IMG/VR virus record: IMGVR_UViG_3300044693_000229
Location: 3,963-67,962 of that record
DNA from: a virus
Lineage: Duplodnaviria; Caudoviricetes
Direction: 5' to 3' (one strand)
DNA: 64,000 nucleotides
Shown here: positions 43,572-53,640 of the stretch, piece by piece
How positions within the stretch are numbered: position 1 is the first letter of the stretch
How the letters are laid out: each line of letters opens with the position of its first letter
Notes under the pieces: generated by a model
What the model was told of the DNA's origin: nothing
The model's input: only the letters and a program-made list of their open reading frames with translations
The model's database searches: none
Made by a program: the position numbers and the translations under genes

Positions 43572-44066
43572 ATGGAAAACGTCAGCGCGTTTGGCACATC
43601 GATCAACATCCTTGCAACCCGATCTTTTCCGATCGGGTTTCAAGTGAAAAAGCTTGCTGACGATAAAGATCCGCTGGTGATTGAGGAAATCGAGCCTACT
43701 GGCCACGAATTTCTTGTTGATGGCTCATTGTTTATTTTTGACAAAGCGACCGCAATAAAAGTCAAAATTTCCGTCGTCGCCGGCAGTGATGATGATTTGA
43801 ACCTTAAAGTGATGTTGCAGGCGAGGAAAGGAACGCCATCGATTCTCAATCTTCCAGACATCACTACGATGACGATCCTTTACGGCAACAATGGTTCTGT
43901 CATGTTCACAAGTGGGTCTATCGTGAGTGGCCCTCTTGGTGATTCGATCAATCAATCAGGTCGATATCCAAGTAATACATACACGTTTGTTTTCTCTGAT
44001 TTCGCTGGCGCGCAAAGCGTCTCTGAAGTCATCAATACGGCGATTCAAGCTATTACAGGGCTCTAA
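43572..44066 (+). CDS. Tail tube paralogue (tube initiator)
   Basis: MENVSAFG...LADDKDPL...DDLNL parallels the 41929 tube protein. Confidence 0.8.
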   Translation: MENVSAFGTSINILATRSFPIGFQVKKLADDKDPLVIEEIEPTGHEFLVDGSLFIFDKATAIKVKISVVAGSDDDLNLKVMLQARKGTPSILNLPDITTMTILYGNNGSVMFTSGSIVSGPLGDSINQSGRYPSNTYTFVFSDFAGAQSVSEVINTAIQAITGL

Positions 44067-44069
44067 TCC

Positions 44070-44639
44070 ATGGCGTCGGTCATCTCGTCTGTTCTTTCGA
44101 GTTCGTCCGCGGCGCCAAGCATATCGATCATTAACGCCACGACCGGCAGCTCTGTAGCTAATGGTATAAAAGTAAAAAGCGTCAAGATCCGATTAAATTC
44201 GGCGATGCTAACACACATGCGCGAAGACGGGGCGACGATCGCCGATGCGCGAATCATTCACGCTTCTGTCATAGAGATGGATATCTATTGCCCAACTATC
44301 GACGATGTAGAGTCTGTCATTGATTTAATGAATGATCGTCAGAACATGTATACGGTGACTGCAAAAGGCATCGTATTCGAAAACATGATGGTCATGGCGA
44401 CTCAAAATAAGCAGACGCCAGAAGTCCTATCAGCAGCCCCTTTCGTGCTCGTATTCAAAGAGCAATTGCTTGAAAACGTTGCGCCTGTTATTTGCATGCA
44501 GTCCGGCGATTCGGATACTCAAGACAACGGATTGCAACTTTTAAACAATATCGGAAATAACATAAATAATTTCGTGACCACTGTAAGAAACAACGCAGTG
44601 AATGCCGTCAACCAAATAACTGGATTTTTTGGAGGTTGA
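44070..44639 (+). CDS. Baseplate hub/tube-capping protein
   Basis: Position; similar to the next gene. Confidence 0.6.
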   Translation: MASVISSVLSSSSAAPSISIINATTGSSVANGIKVKSVKIRLNSAMLTHMREDGATIADARIIHASVIEMDIYCPTIDDVESVIDLMNDRQNMYTVTAKGIVFENMMVMATQNKQTPEVLSAAPFVLVFKEQLLENVAPVICMQSGDSDTQDNGLQLLNNIGNNINNFVTTVRNNAVNAVNQITGFFGG

Positions 44640-44640
44640 C

Positions 44641-45273
44641 GTGTCATCGATCATATCTTCTATTTTGGCGTCGCCTAATGCATCGTCGAGCACTAGATTT
44701 TTCAACGAAAATTCAGGGCAAGCATGTTGGACAACGGCGAATGTAAGGCATATTGAAATAGTCAATGAATCCGAAAATTCGGAAGTACCTTTATCGACGC
44801 AACAAGTCAATGAGACGTCTGTCTATCAATCGCTTCTTGCGACGGATGTCGAAACAGTAAAAATCATTCGTCCAACGCGCATACGAGTCTCCATGATCGC
44901 CGCAGACATGTCGCTTATCGATAATGTCAAAGCGTCTTTCGCCGATCCAACGCAAACGATCCAGGTCACGTCAAAATCAATCATCGCAACCTCCATGTCA
45001 GTGGTCCATGTAGGCATTGATATGGAGCCCGGGATGTTATCGGCGAACCGCCTAACTGTCTTGATGGAACAAGTTCAGTTGGCACAGACATCGAACTACA
45101 ATCCTCTGCAGGCCGCAGACCGTCCCACGGTGAACCTTGGGGTGCAGACCTTGCAGACGGTGGGGCCATCGCTGAGTGCTACGATTGGGAACAATGCGGC
45201 GAGCTTGGTTTCAACGGCGACAACGGCGGTAGGATCTTTGTACCAACGTGTTACGGCGAACTTGGGATTGTGA
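44641..45273 (+). CDS. Baseplate hub/tube-capping protein, paralogue
   Basis: GGAGG then GTG start; shares layout with the 44070 protein. Confidence 0.6.
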   Translation: MSSIISSILASPNASSSTRFFNENSGQACWTTANVRHIEIVNESENSEVPLSTQQVNETSVYQSLLATDVETVKIIRPTRIRVSMIAADMSLIDNVKASFADPTQTIQVTSKSIIATSMSVVHVGIDMEPGMLSANRLTVLMEQVQLAQTSNYNPLQAADRPTVNLGVQTLQTVGPSLSATIGNNAASLVSTATTAVGSLYQRVTANLGL

Positions 45274-45276
45274 TCC

Positions 45277-45699
45277 ATGATAGAAATACAAACGGCCCAA
45301 GGAACAAAGCGAATTGAGATCAAACGCTTTAGCGCGTTGGATGGGTGGGATCTCCATTCTAATTTTACACGGTTCGCTGATTCAAAAGATCATAAAGAGA
45401 GAAGCCAATACGTATTTCGCGTTTTGAGCCATGCAAAAGTCGTGTTGTCTCAAGGCGTCGAGTTCCCTTTGACGACGAACGCTTTAATCGACAATCATTT
45501 GTGCACGGCTGAAAACGTAGGCAAAGTATTCGAAGCCGTTATGCGATTTAATGGCATTGATGTTTTCAAAAGCGCGCAATTAGCGGATCATAGAAACAGA
45601 ATTGCGAATGAGATCGCTACTTCATTCATGGCGCAATGCGCGTCTGCGTTAAACGCATTTGTCGATTTTGCGATTAATCAAGGAATAAATCATGACTGA
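45277..45699 (+). CDS. Tail assembly chaperone-like protein
   Basis: Precedes the tape measure; FSALDGWDL. Confidence 0.6.
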   Translation: MIEIQTAQGTKRIEIKRFSALDGWDLHSNFTRFADSKDHKERSQYVFRVLSHAKVVLSQGVEFPLTTNALIDNHLCTAENVGKVFEAVMRFNGIDVFKSAQLADHRNRIANEIATSFMAQCASALNAFVDFAINQGINHD

Positions 45700-48010
45700 C
45701 CAAGTCGTCGACAAATTCGTTTGGCAATACATTGTCGAAACCCGCGATTCTCTAAAGAAAATAGAGGATTTCCAAAAGAAGCAAAACGAAGTAGAAAAGT
45801 CATCGAAAAAGCAGTCTTCTTCCATGAAGGAACTTGGCAATTCGCTGCGGACCTTGGCAAGCGAAGCCGGCGGCGCTGGGGAGGCTGCTATAGGGCTAGG
45901 CGAGGCATTGACGACACTTGGCGCTGCCGCAGGACCTATCGCGGCAGTGATCGGCGTGGTTATGCTGTTGAAGAAAACGCTGCAGGAAACAAAGGCTACG
46001 ATGTCGGATTTGTTGAACCAGCGTGACTTAGGTGCTCGCATCGGCCTTTCTGGAGTAAGCGTCGAGAACATCACGCGTAATTTACGGCGCGTGCCTGGCA
46101 GTCAGATCGATCAACGCGGCGTAAATGACATCTTGGAAAAGATCGGCACAAAACTGCAATCGGCCTATATCGACCCTGCGCAAATGAACGCCGATGCGAT
46201 CCAGTTACGTCAAGCTGGCGTTTCTATCAATGGCAAAAACGGTGGCATCAATACGACTGTCGGCGCATTGGACGAGTTACAAGCCAAATTCAAGTCGGTC
46301 AGCGAAGAACAAGCGCGCGGCATCGGTCGGGTCCTTGGTTTGACGAACCAACAGGTTGACGCAATGCGCAATCTGGAAACCACACTAAACGATACAACGC
46401 ATATGACTGCTGCGGAAACGGCAGCACGTATTGCGGCTCAACAAAAAACAGAGGAACTTGTTTCCGCCGAAAACGATCTGTCGGATCATTGGAGAACATT
46501 AAAAGAAGATTTATTAGTCCATGTTATTCCAGCCATTGATTTGATCGTAAAAGCGCTTGATGGGCTGGTTCAGATCGGCGAAAAGGTTGGCGGGTCGATT
46601 AGTGGCGCGGCATCTCATGTATGGAGTTTTGCGAAAAATCATGTAGAAAATTTCAAAAGAACAAGCACGGAACTGCTACATGGAGATTTCAAAAGCTTCT
46701 TTGGTGACGTCGCTCGCGAATGGAACCAATCCGGCGATACGATTCATTCTTCCGCAAAAAGCATGATGAAAACGGCCGATGACCAGGCGCAAGCGACGAC
46801 GACCGCGCAAACAGAATTGCAGCGCATCATCAACATGTTTTCGCAATCGGTCACGCAATTTAGCAATAGCATCGACGAACGCCAGGCATGGGCGGCTTGG
46901 GCCGGCGAGATCGGCCGAGCTGGCGGCCTAGGGTCCAGTGGAAATAAATCGCTTGGAATGACCGGCACGGGCGGGAATACAGCCGCATTCAACGAAGCCG
47001 CGCAGACGGCTGCGCAATATGGCCTGACGGCGACAGCAGTTGGGAGTTCGGCCAAAGACGTCCATGACTACGATGCCATTTTTCAAATGGCGGCTGCGAA
47101 AACCGGCTTGCCCGCTGATCTCTTGAAGCGCGTGGCCATGGCGGAATCGAGTCTGATCCCGACAGCGAAAAGTTCAGCCGGCGCGCGCGGGCTCATGGGC
47201 ATCATGCCGTCCAATTTCAAAGCTTACGGGATTACCAATCCTGATGACCCCACACAAAGCATTATGGCCGGCGCGCAGATCCTTGCGGCGAACTATAAGC
47301 GGTATGGCAATATTGACGATGCCTTGCGCGCCTACAATGGCGGCACCGATAAATCTCGCTGGGGGAAAACAAAAGAGAACGCTGAATATGTTGGAAGGAT
47401 CGCCGCGCAGAACGCCACGATCAATGGTGAAGATTTTAGTGCGAACCCCGACCTGCAAAACAACTTACTTTCGTCGTGGGGGAAACTCGCTTATGACCCC
47501 AAGGCGACGCCATTGTTTAACTTTAATGGTTCAAGGCTAGTCGACCCTCGTAAAGGCGGCGAATCAAGAGAAAAATCGCAGCTTTTGAACCTTCAACAAC
47601 AATTGGCTGCACAATTGGGCGTTCCAGTGTCGCAGCTGCAGACAGGCAATGTCAGCCGCGGAGATGTAGATTGGGCCGCATCGAACATGATGGCGAACTT
47701 GGTCAACAGTCGTTACACATTGTTGAATCAAATGAATGTTCCTGGCTTAACGTCGATGGCAAAAGCTGGTCTTTATTCGCAGTTGAAGACGACGGATACG
47801 AATATCCAATCGATGATGCGCTATATGCCAAACATCGATCAATCAGCGATGCCCGGCGATCGAAACATAACCATTGGAACGGGAGCAGTTCAAGTCATTG
47901 TTCAAGGCGCTAATGTCACGCCAGAACAATTGGCCAAAGAGATAAATAGTACGCTTGCTGATCATCTCAATGAAGTGATCAATCATAACGCTAGTGCGGT
48001 TGCAAACTGA
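45692..48010 (+). CDS. Tape measure protein with a lytic transglycosylase (SLT) domain
   Basis: Helical repeats; AMAESS...ARGLMGIMP...AYNGG. Confidence 0.9.
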   Translation: MTDQVVDKFVWQYIVETRDSLKKIEDFQKKQNEVEKSSKKQSSSMKELGNSLRTLASEAGGAGEAAIGLGEALTTLGAAAGPIAAVIGVVMLLKKTLQETKATMSDLLNQRDLGARIGLSGVSVENITRNLRRVPGSQIDQRGVNDILEKIGTKLQSAYIDPAQMNADAIQLRQAGVSINGKNGGINTTVGALDELQAKFKSVSEEQARGIGRVLGLTNQQVDAMRNLETTLNDTTHMTAAETAARIAAQQKTEELVSAENDLSDHWRTLKEDLLVHVIPAIDLIVKALDGLVQIGEKVGGSISGAASHVWSFAKNHVENFKRTSTELLHGDFKSFFGDVAREWNQSGDTIHSSAKSMMKTADDQAQATTTAQTELQRIINMFSQSVTQFSNSIDERQAWAAWAGEIGRAGGLGSSGNKSLGMTGTGGNTAAFNEAAQTAAQYGLTATAVGSSAKDVHDYDAIFQMAAAKTGLPADLLKRVAMAESSLIPTAKSSAGARGLMGIMPSNFKAYGITNPDDPTQSIMAGAQILAANYKRYGNIDDALRAYNGGTDKSRWGKTKENAEYVGRIAAQNATINGEDFSANPDLQNNLLSSWGKLAYDPKATPLFNFNGSRLVDPRKGGESREKSQLLNLQQQLAAQLGVPVSQLQTGNVSRGDVDWAASNMMANLVNSRYTLLNQMNVPGLTSMAKAGLYSQLKTTDTNIQSMMRYMPNIDQSAMPGDRNITIGTGAVQVIVQGANVTPEQLAKEINSTLADHLNEVINHNASAVAN

Positions 48011-48543
48011 TGCGTAAGGTTCACGCTTTCGAACTGTTCGGGAATCAATACCGCGTTAAAGAATTCGCGGCGACAGAAGGTGTTGAGATCCTATGCGAAA
48101 CGGATCAGCATACTATTCATCCTATTGCAATGCTCAGGCATTGCGAGGTATGGAACGGTGATGAATGGGCACCTTTAAAAGATCGAGAAAGCATTAATGC
48201 ATTGGTGACAGATGCGGTGAAAATGTCAACGCCGATGCAAGTCTTAGAGGCAATTATTCTGAAAATTTATCATGTCAATTTTGAGTTTCTGTCGTCATGG
48301 AAACCGGTTAAGATTCCTAAGCGGTTAATGACAGGGCTGCCTACTGATATTGAACCGGCACGGGTTGACCCTGTGATTTCCTTGATCGTCATGGCCGATA
48401 AGGCCACGATGAAAGAGCTTGAAGAATACTACTCTACGGCCGATGCATTTAAAATCTATGACATGATTGCCGTGGAAAATTTGAACAAAGCCCTAGGCGC
48501 TGAAGCTGCTGCGGCTGAAGCCAAAAAATCAATTCGCCGTTAA
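48010..48543 (+). CDS. Tail assembly chaperone-like protein
   Basis: YRVKEFAATEG; ATLKELEEYYS-type C-terminus. Confidence 0.55.
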   Translation: MRKVHAFELFGNQYRVKEFAATEGVEILCETDQHTIHPIAMLRHCEVWNGDEWAPLKDRESINALVTDAVKMSTPMQVLEAIILKIYHVNFEFLSSWKPVKIPKRLMTGLPTDIEPARVDPVISLIVMADKATMKELEEYYSTADAFKIYDMIAVENLNKALGAEAAAAEAKKSIRR

Positions 48544-48555
48544 ACGAGAACCATC

Positions 48556-49053
48556 ATGACCGACGATTCTGTTTCTAAAAATATCCCGGAAACTTCCATG
48601 GAGAAGATGTCGGAGTTGACGATAAAACGCGTCGTGCATGACGATGCAACAATCAAACTCGATCATTTCAGCGCCCTGGATGGATGGGAACTAAAGCGTC
48701 AATATCGAGATTATTTGTCTTCTGACGATCCAAAATTTAGAACGGCTTACACAATGACGGTTTTGTGCTATGCGACGATCGAATCTAATGGCGATAGCAT
48801 TCGATTGAGCAACTCAATTGACATCAACGAACAGTTGGAATGTTGGCAAAATGTAGAAAAAGTTTTCTATGCTGTTTTGAAGCACAACGGCGTACAAACT
48901 GATCCGGCAGAGATTGAACGTTTGCGCTGGAAAGTTGCCGGCGAAGACCTTGCCAAAGCATTCCTTGGCGCAGTCAGCGACTTGATCGGCCCTGCCCTCA
49001 CTATTGCTGCAGGCGGCCGTTCTGAAACGGCTGACGGCCCCAATGCCTCTTAA
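48556..49053 (+). CDS. Tail assembly chaperone-like protein, paralogue of 45277
   Basis: FSALDGWEL...NVEKVFYAV..HNG. Confidence 0.6.
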   Translation: MTDDSVSKNIPETSMEKMSELTIKRVVHDDATIKLDHFSALDGWELKRQYRDYLSSDDPKFRTAYTMTVLCYATIESNGDSIRLSNSIDINEQLECWQNVEKVFYAVLKHNGVQTDPAEIERLRWKVAGEDLAKAFLGAVSDLIGPALTIAAGGRSETADGPNAS

Positions 49054-49957
49054 TCAACGCGTTCTTACCGTTACGATTGGTCTACCGTCAGGGAATGTCG
49101 TCCTGACGCAAGAGCTGAGTATGCGTGTAAGGGTTCGCAAGGCAGCATTGCAAGTTCAAAACTGCGCGACCGTCGAAATCATGGGAATGACGACGAGTTT
49201 GCGATTACAGCTTTTGTCTCAATTTACAGCCTGGCATGCTCGCCAGGTGGCTAGTGGGCAAGCGCCGCAGGATTTCATCCCCATCACGATCACTGCTGGC
49301 TATCAATCGACTGCCGCATTAGCCTCCAATCCAAGTGGCGATTTATCGGCCTCTTCAACGAATCAATCCGCAACCATCTTCGTAGGGCAAATTGTTAATG
49401 TAACGCCGACAAGCGCACCCCCGAATATTGGTGTCAGGATTGTTTGCTTTACTAGACAGCTCGATAAAACACAATTTTTGACCCAAGCAGCGCCAAATTC
49501 CGCAACGTTCTATCAATTGGTGGAATTTGCAGCCGGTCAAATGGGGCTTTCCAATTTCGTTTGCCAAACTTCGATCAACAACCAAGTATTTCATCAGGCC
49601 TTTCGAACGATTTATACCGTTGGAGGCCTATTGCCAGGGATTCAAGAAATTCAATACACCAACGTTGCCGCTTTTATCGATGATGACCAACTCATCGTCA
49701 AGGATAGAAATGCAATTCTAAGTGCTGGGAATACCGTTCAGCTCAACGAATTCATAGGAACGCCCATGTGGAACGAATGGGGCGTTGATTGGGTGACTTT
49801 GATGAACACAGACGTTAAACTGGCTACAGCCGCGGCGCTGACGTCGGTCATGAACCCAGGCGTCAATGGCACCTATGTCATCACGGAACTAGAATACGAA
49901 TTGGCAAGCCGTGAAGGGCCTTTCTATGTCAGAGCCATGGGAAGCCCACCGGCTTAA
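49043..49957 (+). CDS. Baseplate hub (gp27/gpD-like)
   Basis: ITITAGY...TIFVGQI; YVITELEYELASR.GPFY; start set at MPLNQ. Confidence 0.8.
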   Translation: MPLNQRVLTVTIGLPSGNVVLTQELSMRVRVRKAALQVQNCATVEIMGMTTSLRLQLLSQFTAWHARQVASGQAPQDFIPITITAGYQSTAALASNPSGDLSASSTNQSATIFVGQIVNVTPTSAPPNIGVRIVCFTRQLDKTQFLTQAAPNSATFYQLVEFAAGQMGLSNFVCQTSINNQVFHQAFRTIYTVGGLLPGIQEIQYTNVAAFIDDDQLIVKDRNAILSAGNTVQLNEFIGTPMWNEWGVDWVTLMNTDVKLATAAALTSVMNPGVNGTYVITELEYELASREGPFYVRAMGSPPA

Positions 49958-49977
49958 CAGAACACATCGGGGAATCC

Positions 49978-50703
49978 ATGACAAGCGCGGGTACTCCACT
50001 GATCAATACGCGGCCTGGAGATAAATCCAGGCTGATTACGGCATTGACCGCATTCATGCGTCAAATGACCATGAACGACGATAACATGATGCCTGCCAAG
50101 GTGATCAGCTATGACCGCGTAAACAATGTGGTCGAAGTGCAACCTCTCATCAAAATTGTGACGGTCCAAAATTCAACGATGTCGCGTCACCCTTTGGCCA
50201 ATATACCTGTGTTGTCAATCGGCGGCGGCGGCTATCACATCAATTTTCCATTGAAAGCGGGCGATCTTGGTTGGATCTGCGCGGCAGATCGTGATATCTC
50301 CACATTCATGGAAACCTTACAGGAATCGCCGCCGAATTCGACGCGTCTGCACGATTTTGGTGATTCGGTTTTCGTCCCTGACGTTTTTCGTCAATACACC
50401 ATAAGCAGCGAAGACTCATCCAATGCGGCCATGGTGATTCAATCAACGGATTCGACCGTACGTATTGCATTGTCAGAAAGTAATGGACAAATAAAACTCA
50501 CCGCTCCGACGTTGGTCGAAATCGCATGTCCTCAATCGACCTTTACTGGCAATGTCACGATCAATCAAAACTTGAAAGTGATAGGGAATGGCGAAGTTGA
50601 TGGAACAAGCCTTACCGTTGGCGGCGTCCAAGTCTACAATCACGATCACACCTATACACCTGGCACGGGTACACCAACCAAGACCAGCCCCATGCAGGAC
50701 TAA
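49978..50703 (+). CDS. Baseplate central spike (gp138/gpV-like)
   Basis: MPAKVISYD..VEVQPL; FPLKAGDLG; RLHDFGD; C-terminal NHDH metal site. Confidence 0.85.
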   Translation: MTSAGTPLINTRPGDKSRLITALTAFMRQMTMNDDNMMPAKVISYDRVNNVVEVQPLIKIVTVQNSTMSRHPLANIPVLSIGGGGYHINFPLKAGDLGWICAADRDISTFMETLQESPPNSTRLHDFGDSVFVPDVFRQYTISSEDSSNAAMVIQSTDSTVRIALSESNGQIKLTAPTLVEIACPQSTFTGNVTINQNLKVIGNGEVDGTSLTVGGVQVYNHDHTYTPGTGTPTKTSPMQD

Positions 50704-50706
50704 TTA

Positions 50707-51981
50707 ATGAGCGCTTCTTATCAATTCATCATCGATACGGGAACGATCGTCGCTGACACGTCAACGATTCTTAGTGACGTACAAGCGGAATATCAAGTGG
50801 CGCTTGGTAATTCCATCGATCTCGCATCGTCAACGCCGCAGGGTACGCTTATCGCAGCGGAAGTCATCGCGCGAACAAGCGTGATGAAAAACAATGCCGA
50901 CATGGCAAACTTGCTAAACCCAAATTTGTCTTATGGCGTTTTCCTTGACGCCATATGCGCTTTTCTTGGTGTGACGCGTGGCCAAAACGCATCGACACAA
51001 GGCAATGGCGTTAATCTGACAGGCGATGGGATTAACACCATAACCATTCCTGCCCTTTCGCGTGTTCAAACTTCCAACGGCGATATTTTTTACCTCGCCG
51101 CGAACGCGACGATTGTTAATGGCGGCAGTTTGCGTGCCAATTTTCTTTCACAGACCTATGGCAATATTCCTTTACCCAATGGAACGTTGACCATTATTGA
51201 TGGCACGATCGGTTGGGGGTCGGCAGTCGTTGATGGAACAACTGTTGTCATCCCTGGTACAACTCAACTTACTGACCCCCAGCTTAAGACGGCACGCAAT
51301 CAACAGCTTGCCACGCAAGGGGTCGGTGGCAGCGGCGCTATCGCTTCGGCCGTTTCTCAGGTGGCCAATGTGACGTCGGCCATGGTCATCGAGAACAACA
51401 CTGGCGCGACAGGAACGGTCAATGGAGTGACATTCACGTTGCCTAATGCGATGTGGGCTTGTGTAGCGGGCGCTGGTTCTAGCCAGGACATCGCCAACGC
51501 ACTTTATGCGGCACATCAAGGCGGTTGTCCCTGGGACTATGGAACGGCAGGGGAAGGCGTTCAGGTAGGCGCCCCTAATGGTGTGTTGGTCTATGATCCG
51601 ATTACCAATCAACCCTATTACGTGAAGTACAACACGCCGGTCATGTATGACGTCTATGTGGCCATTACCGTTGTGCAAAAACAATCGGTATCTTCGCCGG
51701 TTCCGGCCGTTCAAACGGCTATTTTGAATTATGCGAATGGCCTAGAACAAGGCGAACCAGGTTTAGTCGTAGGAGCAAATATTTCTGCGTTCGAAATGGC
51801 CGGCGCTGTGGCAAGGCAGATCCCTGGCATGTATGTACGTAGCTGTTTGGTCGCTGCGGTAACACATGGATCGCCTGCGCCAAGCTATCCCAGCGCATAC
51901 GTGTCGGAATTCGTCATGTCGCCATGGCAGCAAGGGGAACTAGCAATCAACAATATTTCAGTTACCGTAGCTACGAGTTAA
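50707..51981 (+). CDS. Baseplate J-like wedge protein
   Basis: STPQGTL, GVFLDAI..FLG, ENNTG, IANALY. Confidence 0.85.
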   Translation: MSASYQFIIDTGTIVADTSTILSDVQAEYQVALGNSIDLASSTPQGTLIAAEVIARTSVMKNNADMANLLNPNLSYGVFLDAICAFLGVTRGQNASTQGNGVNLTGDGINTITIPALSRVQTSNGDIFYLAANATIVNGGSLRANFLSQTYGNIPLPNGTLTIIDGTIGWGSAVVDGTTVVIPGTTQLTDPQLKTARNQQLATQGVGGSGAIASAVSQVANVTSAMVIENNTGATGTVNGVTFTLPNAMWACVAGAGSSQDIANALYAAHQGGCPWDYGTAGEGVQVGAPNGVLVYDPITNQPYYVKYNTPVMYDVYVAITVVQKQSVSSPVPAVQTAILNYANGLEQGEPGLVVGANISAFEMAGAVARQIPGMYVRSCLVAAVTHGSPAPSYPSAYVSEFVMSPWQQGELAINNISVTVATS

Positions 51982-51985
51982 TTCC

Positions 51986-52942
51986 ATGGCTCTAACTCCT
52001 TACAACACGAGCCTTTTACAAGCGCTGAAATGGCAGCAGAACAATGCGCCGAATATAACATCATTGATCACTCAGAAAAACAATTGGTACACCAATTATC
52101 AATGGACGTTTTGGCAAAACTTCTATAACAACATCTTCAACCTGCAAACGGCAAACAACTTTGGAATTTTGATTTGGTGCATCATTCTCGGCGTGCCGAC
52201 CCAATTGTTTGGCCTAAGTCCAACGCCGCGCGCATGGGCTTATGGCAATAGCCGTCAAAACTACATCTATAGCGGGCCATCTCCAGCTCCGGCCGGCGAG
52301 AACACGATAGGCGGTAACTTTGCAGGCGGCGGCCAGACAACCGTTCTTAATATCCAGGAAGCACGTTGGGCGCTCCAATTGCGCTATGCGTCATTGGTAG
52401 GCAATGGGCGCATAGCTTTTGTCAACAAAATGCTTAACTGGATATTCAATGCTGGGCAGCCTTGGAATTTTTCGTCCGGCAAATATTTTCATGTGGTCGA
52501 TTGCACATCGGGTCTTAGCCCGACCTCGCCAATGGTGGTCACATATCACATTGGCCCCAACATGAATTTTTCATCGCAGTTCGTCAATCTGTTGAATGCC
52601 TTGGTGTATGGCATCTTGCCGCAGTTTGCAGGCATGTCCGTCTCGGCAGTTGTCGATGTCAACGAAACTCTATCAAGCGATGGCGGCGTACTGACTATGC
52701 CGGCGCCAGGAGGGTATCCTACGTCACCGGCAGGCCTTGCGCCTGGCGCAGTGTGGTACAACGGGGGAACGATAAGCGTTGTCCCTGGCGTCACGCCTAA
52801 CCCATCCGCGCCGGCCCTTTTGCTTGCATCAACCACTTCGACGCAATTGCTGTTTTTGGGCGGCGGTAATCTGCCACTGACAAATCCAGGCGTCGGGTCA
52901 ACCAAACTTTGGAACAATGGCGGGAGCGTCGCAGTCGCATGA
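51986..52942 (+). CDS. Baseplate wedge protein (DUF2612-like) with a C-terminal extension
   Basis: LQTANNFGILIWCIILG; two WxNGG mini-modules at the C-terminus. Confidence 0.8.
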   Translation: MALTPYNTSLLQALKWQQNNAPNITSLITQKNNWYTNYQWTFWQNFYNNIFNLQTANNFGILIWCIILGVPTQLFGLSPTPRAWAYGNSRQNYIYSGPSPAPAGENTIGGNFAGGGQTTVLNIQEARWALQLRYASLVGNGRIAFVNKMLNWIFNAGQPWNFSSGKYFHVVDCTSGLSPTSPMVVTYHIGPNMNFSSQFVNLLNALVYGILPQFAGMSVSAVVDVNETLSSDGGVLTMPAPGGYPTSPAGLAPGAVWYNGGTISVVPGVTPNPSAPALLLASTTSTQLLFLGGGNLPLTNPGVGSTKLWNNGGSVAVA

Positions 52943-53619
52943 AAAAGATACTTTTCCTTCTGGCATGTCTTCTGCCGCTCGCGGCATGGGCACAAACCTA
53001 TCCCACGCCAACGTTCACCAATGTGACCTTGACGCCTGCCGCAACGGCTCCCGCAGCAAACGGGCAGATCGTGGCTAATTCGACGCAGAACGCGTTGGAG
53101 ACCCAGCATGCAAGCATGCTCGGTTATGTTCAAACCGCGATTTTCATCGGCACGGCCACGGTCACAACATCGGGAACGACAGCCGTTTCATTGATCCCGA
53201 CGGGAATCGGTTCTGTCACACTACCGGCCAATTATCTTGTGGCCGGGAAAACCATCGTTGTTCGATTCAGCGGAACGTTTACGACGGCATCAACACCGGG
53301 AACGATCGCATTTTCCTATGCATTGGGGGCTTCCACCATCGCGTCTCCGGCAGCCGTCACTCCCACGGCAAGCCTGACTACTTTTTTCGAAGGTGAAGTT
53401 TACATCACTTGTCGAACGACTGGATCTTCCGGATCGGTTGCATATTTTACCAAAGTGACCAACAACAATGGGTCAACGCTATCCGTGTTATCGGAGGCAT
53501 CAGGCACGGCGACTGTCAACACGACGGTTTCCAACACAATTGCGATCACATCGACCAATAGCGTTGCTGGCGGTACAGTGTTAGGCGTGAACGAGTTCAT
53601 TTCAAAGGTTCTTGAATAA
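52939..53619 (+). CDS. Thr/Ser-rich protein with a Sec signal peptide
   Basis: MKKILFLLACLLPLAAWA-Q; ATGA overlap. Confidence 0.7.
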   Translation: MKKILFLLACLLPLAAWAQTYPTPTFTNVTLTPAATAPAANGQIVANSTQNALETQHASMLGYVQTAIFIGTATVTTSGTTAVSLIPTGIGSVTLPANYLVAGKTIVVRFSGTFTTASTPGTIAFSYALGASTIASPAAVTPTASLTTFFEGEVYITCRTTGSSGSVAYFTKVTNNNGSTLSVLSEASGTATVNTTVSNTIAITSTNSVAGGTVLGVNEFISKVLE

Positions 53620-53640
53620 AACGTTTCGGAGATTTTAAAA

